44,256 nt of DNA. Source: Azonexus sp. (GTDB lineage Bacteria; Pseudomonadota; Gammaproteobacteria; Burkholderiales; Rhodocyclaceae). Positions 1 through 15,683 of this stretch are shown in pieces; the stretch's first letter is position 1, and each line of letters opens with the position of its first letter. The DNA lies in the NCBI GenBank assembly GCA_035466795.1, contig DATIUN010000003.1:1-44256 (forward strand), read 5' to 3'. Position numbers and translations under genes: made by a program. Below the pieces are notes generated by a model. That model worked only from the letters and a program-made list of their open reading frames with translations. It had not been told where the DNA came from and did no database searches.

Positions 1-201
1 ATCCAGGGTCGACCGCACCACTTCGCCGCCATGGCCGAAAACCACGACCAGTCTGGCCGGCGCCAGCGAACGCGCGGGATCGATCACATGCTGGGCCAGC
101 GCCTTGCCGGCGACCGGGTGCAGCACCTTGGGCAAATTGGAATGCATCCGCTTGCCCTGACCGGCGGCGAGGATGACGACTTGTACAGGCATTTCAGCCA
201 T
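1..201 (-). CDS. glmU: Bifunctional UDP-GlcNAc pyrophosphorylase/acetyltransferase, N-terminal part (runs off window)
   Basis: Not in ORF track. Manual translation from ATG 201: [33 protein letters not shown]..., with the LAAGxGxRM and PKVLH motifs; GGAG upstream. Confidence 0.93.
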   Translation of the reverse strand, partial: MAEMPVQVVILAAGQGKRMHSNLPKVLHPVAGKALAQHVIDPARSLAPARLVVVFGHGGEVVRSTLD

Positions 202-220
202 ATTCGGACTCCGGAAACGA

Positions 221-247
221 CGAAGACGGCCGCTGGGGCCGCCTTCG
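221..247 (-). terminator. Hairpin after gltD, possible weak terminator
   Basis: GAAGGCGGCC-CCAGC-GGCCGTCTTC stem on the minus strand; poor U-tract. Confidence 0.4.
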
Positions 248-272
248 CATTATCGCATGATGCTCTTTGGTC

Positions 273-1738
273 TTAGCGGGGCAGCGTCGAAGCACCCATC
301 AGGAAGGCATCCACTTCGCGCGCACACTGGCGGCCTTCGCGGATCGCCCAGACGACCAGCGACTGGCCACGCCGCACGTCGCCGGCGGCATAGACCTTGG
401 CGACATTGGTCGCATAGCAGCCTTCGCCGTCGGTCGTTGCGCTGGCATTTCCGCGATTGTCCTTGACGACACCAAATGCATCCAGGAGCGTGCCGACCGG
501 GTTGGTGAAGCCCATGGCCAGGAAAGCGGCATCGCAGGGCAGGTCGAATTCCGACCCGGCGACCTCGACCATCCGGCCATCCTTCCATTCGACACGAACT
601 GCCTCCAGCGCCCTGACGTTGCCCTTGCCGTCGTCGATGAAGCGCTTGGTCGCCACCGCGAAATCGCGCGTGCAGCCTTCATCATGCGACGACGAGGTAC
701 GCAGCTTGTACGGCCAGTACGGCCAGGTCAGCGCCTTGTTCTCCTGCTCCGGCGGCATCGGCATCAGTTCGAACTGGGTGACCGAAGCAGCGCCTTGGCG
801 GTTGGAGGTGCCGACGCAGTCGGAGCCGGTATCGCCACCACCGATGACGACGACGTGCTTGCCCTTGACGTTGATCGGATTGGCGATGCCCTGCTGGACC
901 TCCTTGTTCTGCGGAATCAGGAATTCGAGCGCGGCATGGATGCCCTTCAGTTCGCGGCCCGGCACCGGCAGGTCGCGCGGCACTTCGGCACCCGCGGCGA
1001 GAACCACTGCATCGAATTGTGCGGTCAACTGCGCTGCCGGGACGAATTCCTGCGCATCGCTGTGGATGCCCGCAGCCAATGCATCGCTGCCGACGATGAC
1101 CCGCGTCTTGAAGGCAACCCCCTCGGCTTCCATCTGGGCGATACGGCGGTCGACCACGGACTTTTCCATCTTGAAGTCGGGAATTCCGTAGGCGAGCAAG
1201 CCCCCGAGGCGGTCGCTCTTTTCGAAGACGGTCACGTCATGGCCGACACGCGCCAGTTGCTGCGCGGCGGCCAGACCAGCCGGGCCGGAGCCGACGACGG
1301 CAATCTTCTTGCCGGTTCTGTTCTTCGGCGGCTGCGGCACGACCCAGCCCATTTCCCAGCCCTTGTCGATGATGAAATGCTCGATCGACTTGATGCCCAC
1401 CGGCGCCGCGTTGATCCCCAGCGTGCAGGCGGCTTCGCAGGGAGCCGGGCAGATGCGGCCGGTGAAATCCGGGAAGTTGTTGGTCGAATGCAGCACATCC
1501 AGCGCCTGCTTCCAGTTGCCACGGTAAACCAGGTCATTCCAGTCAGGAATGATGTTGTTCACCGGACAGCCGTTGTTGCAGAACGGAATACCGCAATCCA
1601 TGCAGCGCGCGCCCTGAATCTTGGCCTCTTCGTCGGACAGGGTATGGATGAATTCCTTGTAGTTTTTCAGGCGCTTCTCGACCGGCTCGTAAGCCTCGGA
1701 AAGACGCTCGAATTCCATGAATCCAGTCGGCTTGCCCA

Positions 1739-1739
<1 letters not shown>
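273..1739 (-). CDS. gltD: Glutamate synthase small subunit
   Basis: MGKPTGF start, [10 protein letters not shown] and [12 protein letters not shown] Fe-S motifs, GSGPAG and GGGDTGSDC Rossmann motifs. Confidence 0.97.
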
Positions 1740-6376
<4,637 letters not shown>

Positions 6377-6486
6377 CACACGCGTTCCTTAAAAATACTC
6401 GGCCGATGAAAACAAGGGCCAAGGGTAGAAAAAGCCGGCATCCCGTTACGCTTGCCGGCTTGTACGAAAATCAGGGGCGACCGCAG

Positions 6487-6515
6487 AATATACCGCCAAA
6501 GCCCTGTCAAATCAA
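6487..6515 (-). promoter_or_regulatory. Putative sigma70 promoter of gltBD
   Basis: TTGATT-N17-TATATT on the minus strand. Confidence 0.55.
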
Positions 6516-6565
6516 GATGCTGCAATGCACCAAGGCGGTTCCCGCGACGACCTGCCACTCCCCTT

Positions 6566-7660
6566 TCAGGTGCATCTGTCCTCGATGGCGGCCACGATCG
6601 TCGCCTCGTCGGCTTCGTCCGAAACGACAGCGCTGCCGATCCGTTTCAGCAGCACCAGCCGCAACTTCCCGTCCTGCACCTTCTTGTCGTGGCGCATCAG
6701 CGCCAGATACCGCGCTGCACCCAAGGGCGCGCCACGCACCGGCAAGCCTGCCCGCACAAACAGCCGTTCGATCCGCAATACCGCTTCGGCATCAAGCCAG
6801 CCAAGCCGCCGCGACAATTCCGCAGCAATTAGCGTGCCGGCGGCAATCGCTTCACCGTGCAACCATTCCCCATAGCCGATGCCGGTTTCGATAGCATGGC
6901 CAAAGGTATGTCCAAGATTGAGCAAGGCCCGTTCGCCGGTTTCGCGCTCATCCGCGGCAACGACCTCGGCCTTGTTGGCGCATGAGCGGTGAACGGCATA
7001 GGCCAGCGCATCCCTGTCGCGCGCCAGCAGCCTTTCGATGTTTTCCTCCAGCCAGACGAAGAACTCTGGATCGCGAATCAGCCCGTATTTGATGACTTCG
7101 GCCAGCCCGGCTTTCAATTCACGGTCCGGCAAGGTGTCGAGCGTCGAAATGTCGGCCAGTACGAGCTTGGGCTGATAGAAGGCGCCGATCATGTTCTTGC
7201 CGAGCGGATGGTTGATCGCCGTCTTGCCACCGACCGAGGAGTCGACCAGCGAAAGAAGCGTGGTCGGGATCTGGATGAACGGCATGCCGCGCTGGTAGCA
7301 GGAGGCCGCGAACCCCCCCATGTCCCCAATGACGCCCCCGCCGAGCGCGATCAGGGTCGTGCCGCGCTCGCAGTGCGCGCCGAGCAGCGCGTCGAATATC
7401 AGGTTGAGGGTGTTCCAGTCCTTGTATTTCTCGCCATCCGGGAGAATGACGGAAATGACTGAAATACCGTTTTTTTCCAGGGTTGACCGCAAGCGGTCAA
7501 AATATAGCGGTGCAACGGTCGTGTTGCTGACCACCAGAACCTTCTTCTGCCCGAGATGCGGCACCAGCAGATCGGCGCGGTCGAGCACCCCACTGCCGAT
7601 GTGAATGGGATAGGAACGGTCACCGAGGGCGACGTTTAGCGTCTGGATCATGCCTGACAT
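6566..7660 (-). CDS. aroB: 3-dehydroquinate synthase
   Basis: [32 protein letters not shown] and WLHGEA motifs; start may be 7651. Confidence 0.97.
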   Translation of the reverse strand: MSGMIQTLNVALGDRSYPIHIGSGVLDRADLLVPHLGQKKVLVVSNTTVAPLYFDRLRSTLEKNGISVISVILPDGEKYKDWNTLNLIFDALLGAHCERGTTLIALGGGVIGDMGGFAASCYQRGMPFIQIPTTLLSLVDSSVGGKTAINHPLGKNMIGAFYQPKLVLADISTLDTLPDRELKAGLAEVIKYGLIRDPEFFVWLEENIERLLARDRDALAYAVHRSCANKAEVVAADERETGERALLNLGHTFGHAIETGIGYGEWLHGEAIAAGTLIAAELSRRLGWLDAEAVLRIERLFVRAGLPVRGAPLGAARYLALMRHDKKVQDGKLRLVLLKRIGSAVVSDEADEATIVAAIEDRCT

Positions 7661-8175
7661 ATGCGAGTGAATTCTTTCAAGAGATGATGAACGACGCCGG
7701 ATGCCACCAAGTGCGAACCATCGACGACGAGGTGTGCGGTTTCCCGATATAGCGGATCACGCTGTGCATGCAGTTCCTCGAGCTTGGCCAGAGGATCTTC
7801 GACGCGCAACAGCGGTCGATTCCGATCATGACGTGTACGCTCGAAAAGCATGGCCGGCGGAACATTGAGATAGACCACCCAGCCGGTTTCGTGCAAAAGC
7901 TTCCGGTTCTCCGGACTCAGGACCACGCCGCCGCCTGTGGCAAGAACGATGTCTGTGCCTGAAGTCAGTTCGGCGATCGCCAGCGATTCACGGCGCCTGA
8001 ACCCTTCCTCGCCCTCGATCTCGAAGATGGTCGGGATCGGTACACCGGTGCGGGCGACGATCACATGGTCGGAATCATAGAAGCGGCGGCCGAGGCGTCT
8101 CGCCAGTTGCCGTCCTATGGTCGTCTTTCCCGCCCCCATGAGGCCGACGAGGTAGATGTTGCTGCGATTGTTCAC
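7648..8175 (-). CDS. aroK: Shikimate kinase
   Basis: [10 protein letters not shown]-loop, ATGGG, RPLL; position between pilQ and aroB. Confidence 0.96.
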   Translation of the reverse strand: MNNRSNIYLVGLMGAGKTTIGRQLARRLGRRFYDSDHVIVARTGVPIPTIFEIEGEEGFRRRESLAIAELTSGTDIVLATGGGVVLSPENRKLLHETGWVVYLNVPPAMLFERTRHDRNRPLLRVEDPLAKLEELHAQRDPLYRETAHLVVDGSHLVASGVVHHLLKEFTRICQA

Positions 8176-8181
8176 GCCGGA

Positions 8182-8210
8182 ATTTTATCCGGTCTCGTGG
8201 CGCACCACAA
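8182..8210 (-). promoter_or_regulatory. Putative sigma70 promoter of aroKB (leaderless geometry)
   Basis: TTGTGG-N17-TAAAAT, then 6 nt to the GTG start. Confidence 0.5.
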
Positions 8211-8240
8211 AAGAGAAAGGCCGGCAAGGCCGGCCCTCCT
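8209..8240 (-). terminator. Intrinsic terminator after pilQ
   Basis: GGCCGGC-CTT-GCCGGCC stem followed by TTTCTCTTTT. Confidence 0.7.
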
Positions 8241-8261
8241 TTTCGAGACAAAGCGTACTGA

Positions 8262-10361
8262 TCAATTAATCTGCAGCTTGTCGGAGATGATGCGCGGGGT
8301 GATGAAGAACAGCAACTCGCGCCTCTGCCCGGTATCGTTCTGGTACTTGAACAGGTAACCGAAGAACGGGATATCGCCGAGCAGCGGGACCTTCTCGGTC
8401 ACGTTTTCCTTCTTGGTGATATATACGCCGCCGATTACGACCGTACCGCCATTTTCAACGACCACATTGGTTTCGACCGTGGCCGTCTTGATCGGCGGGT
8501 TGCCGAGAACCGCGCGCGTCCAGTCCGGCTCTTCCTTCTTGACCACCAGTTGCATGCGTACCGTGCCTTCGGGCGTGATCTGCGGTGTCGCTTCCAGCGA
8601 AAGCGCCGCCGTCTTGAAGGAGACGTTCTGGGTCGCGACGCCGCCGCCCGTCGCCGTCGTCACGTACGGGATTTCCGTACCGTCCTGGATCTTCGCCTTG
8701 ACGTTGTTCGCCGTGATGACGCGCGGGCTGGAGACGATCTTGCCCAGACCATCGGTTTCCAGGGCCGCCAGCTCAAGATTGAGAATCCGTGTCAGCGAGG
8801 CATTGAACAGCGAGAAGGCCAGCGTGCCACCGACATTGGTGAAGGACGGCAGGTTCACGCCAAGGGCATTGTTCGTGACCTGGCCGGACGGCGAATATGT
8901 ACCGCCACCGCCGTAGATGCCGCTGCCGCCCAATCCTGTACGCTGCGCACTGAGGAAATTCAGCCTGACGCCGAGATCGCGGTTGAACGAATCCTGCGCC
9001 TCGACGACACGTGCCTCGATCATGACCTGACGGGCACCCGTATCGATCGCTCTGACGAACTTGCGAATCTCTTCGAGTTTGCTCGGGATGTCATTGACGA
9101 ACAGGATGTTCGACTGCGGATCGGCCACGGCATTGCCGCGCTTGCTCAGCAGGCGCTGCGACGGCGCACCACCGGCGACAGCGACCCCTGACAGCAGGCG
9201 GGCGACGTCGACCGCCTTCTGGTAATTCAATGAGAACTGCTCGTTCTGGATCGGCTCGAGATCGTTGATTTGCTGGCGCGCCTCGAATTCCAGTTTTTCG
9301 CGGGTTGCAAGCTCGTCACGCGGGGCAATCAGCATGATGTTGCCCTTCTTGCGCATGTCCAGCCCCTTCTGCTGGAAGATGATGTCGATTACCTGATCGG
9401 CGGGAACATCCTTCAGGAAAAGCGTCGTCGTACCGGTGACCGTTTCGCTGATCACCGCATTCAGGCCAAGTTCCTCGGCCATCAGGCGGAGCAGCGCGCG
9501 GACGTCGCCATTCTGGTAGTTGATGCTGACCCGCGGACCCTGATATCCGGTCTTGGTACCCTGCACCAATTTGTTCGGGTCTTCGATGATGCGCTTGACC
9601 TCGACCACGAACTGATTATCGCTTTGATAAGCGTTGTGTTCCCAGAGTCCATGCGGCGTAATGGTCATCCGCACGTTGTCACCCAGTGGCTTGGTTTCGA
9701 CCGAGGTCACCGGCGTACCAAAATCGGTCACGTCCAGTTTGCGCCGGAGATTCTCCGGAACACTTGTCTTGATGAAATCGACGATCAGGCCCTTGCCCTG
9801 CTGACGGATGTCGATACCGGTACCGGCATCGCTCAGATCGACAACGATGCGTGCCTCGCCGTCCTTGCCGCGCCGGAACGCAACATCCTGCAACGCATGG
9901 CGCTTGCCGATCGAGGTTTCCTCGGTAAACCGCGTTACCCGCTCGGGCAGTGATCCGACTTTGGGAATCGGCGCCAGAACGATGTAAAGCGATTTGCCGT
10001 CGAGGCGCGTGGTGTAGTTGAGACTCCGCGTGAGGTTCAGCACGACACGGGTGCGTTCGCCGACCTGGACGACATTGGCGCTCTGCAGATCGCCTTCCTT
10101 GAAGGTCAGGCTATTTTTTCCCAGGCCATTTGCCGTCGCCGGGAAATCGAAAGCGATTTTCGCCGGGTTGGCCACGCTGAACCCCGTGGGTGGCGCGGTC
10201 AACGCCTCCTTGAGGTCGATCTTGACGGCAACATTGTCGCCCTGCGGCGCGACAACGATAGCCTCGATCGAATTCGTGGTGGCGGTTTGCGCCGAAAGCG
10301 GCCCGGCCATGGCAAGGCAGGTCGCTGCAACGGCGGCCATCGCGTAGTTGATAAATTTCAT
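8262..10361 (-). CDS. pilQ: Type IV pilus secretin
   Basis: Signal peptide, AMIN-like N-terminus, QVMIEARVVE, SSPRVIT, KVPLLGDIP secretin motifs. Confidence 0.96.
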   Translation of the reverse strand: MKFINYAMAAVAATCLAMAGPLSAQTATTNSIEAIVVAPQGDNVAVKIDLKEALTAPPTGFSVANPAKIAFDFPATANGLGKNSLTFKEGDLQSANVVQVGERTRVVLNLTRSLNYTTRLDGKSLYIVLAPIPKVGSLPERVTRFTEETSIGKRHALQDVAFRRGKDGEARIVVDLSDAGTGIDIRQQGKGLIVDFIKTSVPENLRRKLDVTDFGTPVTSVETKPLGDNVRMTITPHGLWEHNAYQSDNQFVVEVKRIIEDPNKLVQGTKTGYQGPRVSINYQNGDVRALLRLMAEELGLNAVISETVTGTTTLFLKDVPADQVIDIIFQQKGLDMRKKGNIMLIAPRDELATREKLEFEARQQINDLEPIQNEQFSLNYQKAVDVARLLSGVAVAGGAPSQRLLSKRGNAVADPQSNILFVNDIPSKLEEIRKFVRAIDTGARQVMIEARVVEAQDSFNRDLGVRLNFLSAQRTGLGGSGIYGGGGTYSPSGQVTNNALGVNLPSFTNVGGTLAFSLFNASLTRILNLELAALETDGLGKIVSSPRVITANNVKAKIQDGTEIPYVTTATGGGVATQNVSFKTAALSLEATPQITPEGTVRMQLVVKKEEPDWTRAVLGNPPIKTATVETNVVVENGGTVVIGGVYITKKENVTEKVPLLGDIPFFGYLFKYQNDTGQRRELLFFITPRIISDKLQIN

Positions 10362-10903
10362 TTCTTGCTTCCCTCCTTGCCCTGCAGATACAAAGAACTG
10401 GTGCGCTCGCTCCAGTCACCCGCAGAATCCTGAATCAATTCTCGCAACACCACTTCCTTGTCCGTGATTTGCGTCACCATACCGAAGTCAAGACCGACAT
10501 ATTCCCCCACCTTGACCTGTTTGACCTTGTCTTCAACCTGAATAACGGCGATCGGACGCCGATTGACATTCAGGTAACCGATCATCTTTAGCGACTCGAC
10601 CGGATATTTCTCGAGCAGACTATTGCGCAAATCCCGCGCCTCGAAATCGGGCTGGAAAGCCCCGCCCTGGCCGGCGCCCTGCCTGTTCTTCGATTCCGGT
10701 TCGATCTTGCTGGACTTGAACGGATCAAGTATTCCCTCGACATCATAGGGAACCGGCTGATAAGGCTTCACTTCCGGCAACTTGGGTATGTTGCCGCGCA
10801 AGTCCTTGGTATTTTCGGCCATCCAGCGCTTGAGATCTTCGTGGTCGCCACCCGAACAGGCCCCCAAAGCCCCGCACAGTGCGACGAGGATTAGTCGCTT
10901 CAC
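10358..10903 (-). CDS. pilP: Type IV pilus lipoprotein PilP
   Basis: LGAC lipobox, DPF, LEKYP, VKVGEYVG; operon position. Confidence 0.93.
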   Translation of the reverse strand: MKRLILVALCGALGACSGGDHEDLKRWMAENTKDLRGNIPKLPEVKPYQPVPYDVEGILDPFKSSKIEPESKNRQGAGQGGAFQPDFEARDLRNSLLEKYPVESLKMIGYLNVNRRPIAVIQVEDKVKQVKVGEYVGLDFGMVTQITDKEVVLRELIQDSAGDWSERTSSLYLQGKEGSKK

Positions 10904-11562
10904 TTTTTCGCTCCTTGCGCTGCCTTCTTCTGCTTCGCAACTTCCTCTTCGTCCAGATAGCGGAAGGTCTTGGTTGTCGCATCAAGTGCCAAGGCGCCAT
11001 CCTTCCCCGGAACAATCGCAATGTTGTTCAGCGTCACGATGCGTGGCAACTTGGCAATATCGGCGGCAAACGCCCCGAAATCGTGGTAGCCGCCGTTGAT
11101 CTTCACGGCAATCGGCAATTTAGCGTAGAAATCCTTGACTTGCTCGGCCCCCGGCCGGAAAAGGTCGAACTGGAGGCCACGCCCCAAACCGGCCTGATTC
11201 ACTTCGATCAGCAAGGCTTCGATTTCCGACTTGTTCGGCAGTTGTTTCAGCAAGGCGCCGAATGAACGATCGATTTCCGCGAGTTGCTCGATATACAGAT
11301 CAAGATTGACCGCCTGCTTCTTCTTGTCGAGATACTGCAACTTCAATGTTTCTTCTTCCTTTTGCTTGGTTTCCAGTTCGACCAGTTGATCGCTCCAGAG
11401 GAACCACCAGCCGCCAATCACCAGAGCCAGAACAATACCGGCCAGCACCGTCATCTTTGGAAGAGGCGGCCACGCACCCGGATCGTTCGGGTTCAGGAAA
11501 CGGAATTCGTCGGCAATCGCCTGAAAGTCGATCTTTGGGAGTGAAGTTGGTTTGGCGCTCAT
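10900..11562 (-). CDS. pilO: Type IV pilus inner-membrane protein PilO
   Basis: PGAWP, TM helix, LLKQLP, LPRIVTL, KTFRY. Confidence 0.94.
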   Translation of the reverse strand: MSAKPTSLPKIDFQAIADEFRFLNPNDPGAWPPLPKMTVLAGIVLALVIGGWWFLWSDQLVELETKQKEEETLKLQYLDKKKQAVNLDLYIEQLAEIDRSFGALLKQLPNKSEIEALLIEVNQAGLGRGLQFDLFRPGAEQVKDFYAKLPIAVKINGGYHDFGAFAADIAKLPRIVTLNNIAIVPGKDGALALDATTKTFRYLDEEEVAKQKKAAQGAKK

Positions 11563-12131
11563 TTTTGACCCTTCCCGACGACATCCGGCTGGGTACGCGT
11601 CAAAGTGAAGTTCATCGCAAATTCGTTGCTGCGCCGTCCATTCAGAACCACCGACTTCACTTCGATCAACTGTGGGCCCTCCATCCAGGGTGACGCTTCG
11701 ATATTCCGCATCAGTGCTGACACGCGCGCATTGGACTGCGCATAGCCAGTAATGTTGACCTTTCCGCCTTCCTGCTTGAGGGACTTGAGGTACACACCTT
11801 CCGGAACCTGTTTGACCAGTTCGGTCAGGAGATAGACCGTTTCGCCACGATCACGCTGCAAATCCTCGATGATCTGTTTGCGCGCCAGCAAGGCCTGAGT
11901 CTTTTCCTTCAACAGCTTGATTTCCGCGATCTGCTTGTCGAGAATCGCAATTTCACTTTTCAGAAAATCATTCGATTCAGCCTGGCTGTTGATCATGCCA
12001 TTGATGATCGTGTAGCCGAGGAAGACAATCAATGCGCCAAGCGCAACAGCAGCGCCGGCCATGGCATAGAATTGCTGGCGTTTTGCCTTGCGCGCCTCTT
12101 CGCGGTGTGGCAGGAGGTTAATTCTAATCAT
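11559..12131 (-). CDS. pilN: Type IV pilus assembly protein PilN
   Basis: INLLPHRE motif, TM helix, NARVSALMRN. Confidence 0.95.
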   Translation of the reverse strand: MIRINLLPHREEARKAKRQQFYAMAGAAVALGALIVFLGYTIINGMINSQAESNDFLKSEIAILDKQIAEIKLLKEKTQALLARKQIIEDLQRDRGETVYLLTELVKQVPEGVYLKSLKQEGGKVNITGYAQSNARVSALMRNIEASPWMEGPQLIEVKSVVLNGRRSNEFAMNFTLTRTQPDVVGKGQK

Positions 12132-13213
12132 GATGGATCAAACCTCCGCAAGGCGAGGCCGCACGCCACCATCAGCGATGATGCGTCGGCCAGCAGGCTC
12201 TTGGCCCGGACCCGGTCTGACAGCACCATATTGGCAAACGGATTGGCGATCAGCGTGCTGACCTGGGTACGCGTCGCGACGACTTCGTCAATACCCGGAA
12301 TCACGGCGCAACCACCCGCCAGAACAATGTTATCGACCTGATTGTACTGAGTCGATGTAAAGAAGAACTGCAGGGCGCGAGAAATTTCGAGCGCCAGGTT
12401 TTCCATGAACGGCGCCAGCAACTCGGTCTCGTAACCTTCGGGAAGCGTTCCTGCCCGCTTGGCAACCTCCGCTTCTTCATAGGTCATCCCGTAATGCCGG
12501 GCGATATCCTGTGTAAGCTGCCCGCCACCGAACGCCTGCTCGCGGGCGTAGACCTGCTGGCCGTTGCGCAGCACCGTCAGGCTCATCACGCTGGAACCGG
12601 CATCGACAAGCGCGATCGTCTGGTTTTTGGCGCCGCCCGGCAATTGCTTTTCGATCAGTTCGAAAGCAGAGAGTGCGGCCTGGGTCTCCACATCGACCAC
12701 CACCGCTGTAAGTCCGGCGGCATCGGCTACCGCGACGCGATCCTCCACCCGCTCCTTCTTGGACGCGGCAATGAAGACTTCAAGTTCATCGGGCACCGAC
12801 GGTGCCGGTCCGATGACCTGAAAATCCAGATTGACCTCGTCGATCGCGAACGGAATGTACTGGTTGGCTTCCGACTCAACCTGAATTTCAAGCTGGTCCT
12901 CGCGCAATCCGGCGGGCACGATGATCTTCTTGGTGATCACCGCGGAACCGGGCAAGGCCATCGCGACGTTCCGCGTAGACGTACCCAGCCGCTTCCAGGC
13001 TCGCTTGACGGCATCGACGACGCCATCCATGTTGGCAATATTGCCATCTGACACCGCATCCTTCGGCAACACCTCAATGGTGTAGCGCTCGACGCGGTAA
13101 CCCTCTTTCCCATTGGCGGTCAGTTCGACCAGCTTGACGGCCGAGGAACTGATGTCCAGCCCCAACAAGGGACGCGCCTTGGGATTTAACAACGCTGAGA
13201 TATCGAAGCGCAC
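12128..13213 (-). CDS. pilM: Type IV pilus assembly protein PilM
   Basis: GLDISSSAVKLVEL, QYIPF, ACGLALR; actin-like fold motifs. Confidence 0.96.
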   Translation of the reverse strand: MRFDISALLNPKARPLLGLDISSSAVKLVELTANGKEGYRVERYTIEVLPKDAVSDGNIANMDGVVDAVKRAWKRLGTSTRNVAMALPGSAVITKKIIVPAGLREDQLEIQVESEANQYIPFAIDEVNLDFQVIGPAPSVPDELEVFIAASKKERVEDRVAVADAAGLTAVVVDVETQAALSAFELIEKQLPGGAKNQTIALVDAGSSVMSLTVLRNGQQVYAREQAFGGGQLTQDIARHYGMTYEEAEVAKRAGTLPEGYETELLAPFMENLALEISRALQFFFTSTQYNQVDNIVLAGGCAVIPGIDEVVATRTQVSTLIANPFANMVLSDRVRAKSLLADASSLMVACGLALRRFDPS

Positions 13214-13275
13214 CAGACCCCCAAAAAGTCCTTAAAAAATGCGAAGTTAGGCAAATAACCAATAATTCACTTCAG

Positions 13276-13304
13276 ATGCTAGCAACAACCACACGGCATG
13301 TAAA
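13276..13304 (-). promoter_or_regulatory. Putative sigma70 promoter of pilMNOPQ
   Basis: TTTACA-N17-TAGCAT with extended -10 TG. Confidence 0.6.
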
Positions 13305-13309
13305 GCGTT

Positions 13310-13339
13310 TTAACGGCCCGTTTGGCGACAGCGTATAAT
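13310..13339 (+). promoter_or_regulatory. Putative sigma70 promoter of mrcA
   Basis: TTAACG-N18-TATAAT, back-to-back with the pilM promoter. Confidence 0.5.
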
Positions 13340-13370
13340 CCGCGCAACGCCATTTCCAGACCAATCGACC

Positions 13371-15683
13371 TTGCCCACCATCCCTCTCGCTGCCCGGATC
13401 GTCCTTTATCCGGTTATCGTACTGCTCGGCCTCGCAGCCATCGGCATTGCGCTCGCCATGATCATACTGGCGCTCGCCTATCCGAATCTACCCTCTCTCG
13501 AAACCCTGACGGATTATCGCCCCAAAATACCGCTCCGTGTCTATACCGCCGACGGTTATCTGATCGGCGAGTACGGCGAAGAGCGGCGCGCCGTGATCAG
13601 CATACAGGAAGTTCCAGCCGTCATGAAGCAGGCAATTCTCGCGGCCGAGGACGATCGCTTCTATCAGCACAGCGGCGTTGACTACCCCGGCATCCTGCGT
13701 GCGGCCTCGGCAAATCTGGTGGGCGGCGGCAAGCGCCAGGGGGCATCGACGATCACGCAACAGGTCGCCCGCAACTTCTTTCTCTCGGGCGAGAAGACTT
13801 ACACGCGGAAACTCTATGAAGCGCTGCTGTCGTTCAAGATCGAGAACAATCTGAGCAAGGACCAGATCCTTGAGCTGTATATCAACCAGATATTCCTCGG
13901 GCAGCGCGCCTACGGATTCGCTGCCGCCGCCCAGATCTATTTCGGCAAGCCGCTGAAGGACATTTCGATCGCCGAGGCCGCCATGCTGGCCGGCTTGCCA
14001 AAGGCGCCATCGGTCTACAACCCGATTGTGAACCCCAAGCGCGCGAAGATCCGGCAACAATATGTGCTGCGCCGGATGCACGAATTGGGCCACATCAGCG
14101 AGGTGCAGTACGAGGCCGCGCTGAAGGAACCCCTGGTGGTCAAGCGCGAACTTGCCGGGTACGCAGCCCACGCCGAATACGCTGCTGAAATGGCGCGCCA
14201 GATCGCTGCCGAGCGCTTCCCGGAAGATGTCTATTCACGCGGACTCAAGGTCTATACGACGCTGATCAAGGCAGACCAGGAGGCCGCCTATGCCAGCCTG
14301 CGCCGCGGCGTCATGGATTATGACCGGCGCCATGGCTATCGCGGCGCCGAGTCCTACCTCGACATGAAGGACATCAAGTCCGACCAGGACGAGGCAATCG
14401 ACGAGGCCCTTCAGGATATCCCCGATGCCGGCGACCTGATTCCCGCGCTGGTTCTAGCCGCCGATTCGAAGCATATTCTCGCCTACCGCAAGGGCGGCGA
14501 CGTCGTCACGCTTTCCGGCGACGCCATGAAGTTTGCGGCGGCGATGCTCGATGACAAGGCGCCAGCGAACAAGCGCATCAAGCGTGGCGCCATCATCCGC
14601 CTGCAGAAGAATGACAAGGGCGACTGGCAGATCAGTCAGTTGCCCGAGGTGGAATCGGCGTTTGTCGCGGTCGACCCGAAAACCGGGGCAATTCGCGCCC
14701 TGGTCGGCGGTTTCGATTTCAACCGCAACAAGTTCAATCATGTAACCCAGGCCTGGCGGCAGCCCGGTTCCAGTTTCAAGCCCTTCATCTACTCGGCAGC
14801 CCTCGAAAAAGGCTTCAATCCAAGCACCATCATCAACGACGAACCGATCGTGATCTCGGCCAGCCAGACCGGCTCTCAGGCCTGGGAGCCGCACAACTAC
14901 GACGGCAAGTACGAAGGCCCGATGCAGATGCGGACGGCGCTGGCCAAATCGAAGAACATGGTGTCGATCCGCATCCTGCAATCCATCGGCACGCGTTATG
15001 CGCAGGACTACTCGAGCCGCTTCGGCTTCGATGCCGAAAAGCATCCGCCCTACCTGACGATGGCACTGGGTGCCGGTTCGGTGACGCCGTGGCAGATGGC
15101 GACCGCGTACTCCGTGTTCGCCAACGGTGGTTACCGGATCAACCCCTACGTCGTCAGCGAAATCCGTGACGAGAAAAACCAGGTGCTCGCTTCGGCGATG
15201 CCCGCGCAGGCCGGCGAAGGAGCGGCCCGCGCCATTGATCCGCGCAACGCCTTCCTGATGGACAGCATGCTGCGCGACGTGACCATCTACGGTACCGCCG
15301 CCAAGGCTTCCGTGGCGCTCAAGCGCAAGGATCTGGCGGGCAAGACGGGAACCACCAATGAGTATGTCGACGCCTGGTTCTGCGGCTATCAGATGACTGC
15401 GGCCGCCTGCGCCTGGATCGGCTTCGACCAGCCGAAAAACCTTGGCAACAAGGAGACCGGTGGCGCTGCGGCATTGCCGATCTGGATCGGCTACATGGGC
15501 CGCGCGCTCAAGGATGTGCCGATCGGGACGCCGGAAACGCCGGAAGGTGTCGTCGCTGCCGGCAGCGGCCGCGAACGTTCCTTCATGTATGCCGAGAATG
15601 TCCCGGCGGAACCGCCGGCGGAAGAAGTCAGCGACACGCCGCCGCTGCCGCAGCCCGATCTGAGCAAACCGCCCGCCGACTGA
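13371..15683 (+). CDS. mrcA: Penicillin-binding protein 1A
   Basis: EDDRF and GASTITQQ transglycosylase motifs; SSFK, SKN and KTG transpeptidase motifs; divergent from pilM. Confidence 0.96.
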   Translation: MPTIPLAARIVLYPVIVLLGLAAIGIALAMIILALAYPNLPSLETLTDYRPKIPLRVYTADGYLIGEYGEERRAVISIQEVPAVMKQAILAAEDDRFYQHSGVDYPGILRAASANLVGGGKRQGASTITQQVARNFFLSGEKTYTRKLYEALLSFKIENNLSKDQILELYINQIFLGQRAYGFAAAAQIYFGKPLKDISIAEAAMLAGLPKAPSVYNPIVNPKRAKIRQQYVLRRMHELGHISEVQYEAALKEPLVVKRELAGYAAHAEYAAEMARQIAAERFPEDVYSRGLKVYTTLIKADQEAAYASLRRGVMDYDRRHGYRGAESYLDMKDIKSDQDEAIDEALQDIPDAGDLIPALVLAADSKHILAYRKGGDVVTLSGDAMKFAAAMLDDKAPANKRIKRGAIIRLQKNDKGDWQISQLPEVESAFVAVDPKTGAIRALVGGFDFNRNKFNHVTQAWRQPGSSFKPFIYSAALEKGFNPSTIINDEPIVISASQTGSQAWEPHNYDGKYEGPMQMRTALAKSKNMVSIRILQSIGTRYAQDYSSRFGFDAEKHPPYLTMALGAGSVTPWQMATAYSVFANGGYRINPYVVSEIRDEKNQVLASAMPAQAGEGAARAIDPRNAFLMDSMLRDVTIYGTAAKASVALKRKDLAGKTGTTNEYVDAWFCGYQMTAAACAWIGFDQPKNLGNKETGGAAALPIWIGYMGRALKDVPIGTPETPEGVVAAGSGRERSFMYAENVPAEPPAEEVSDTPPLPQPDLSKPPAD

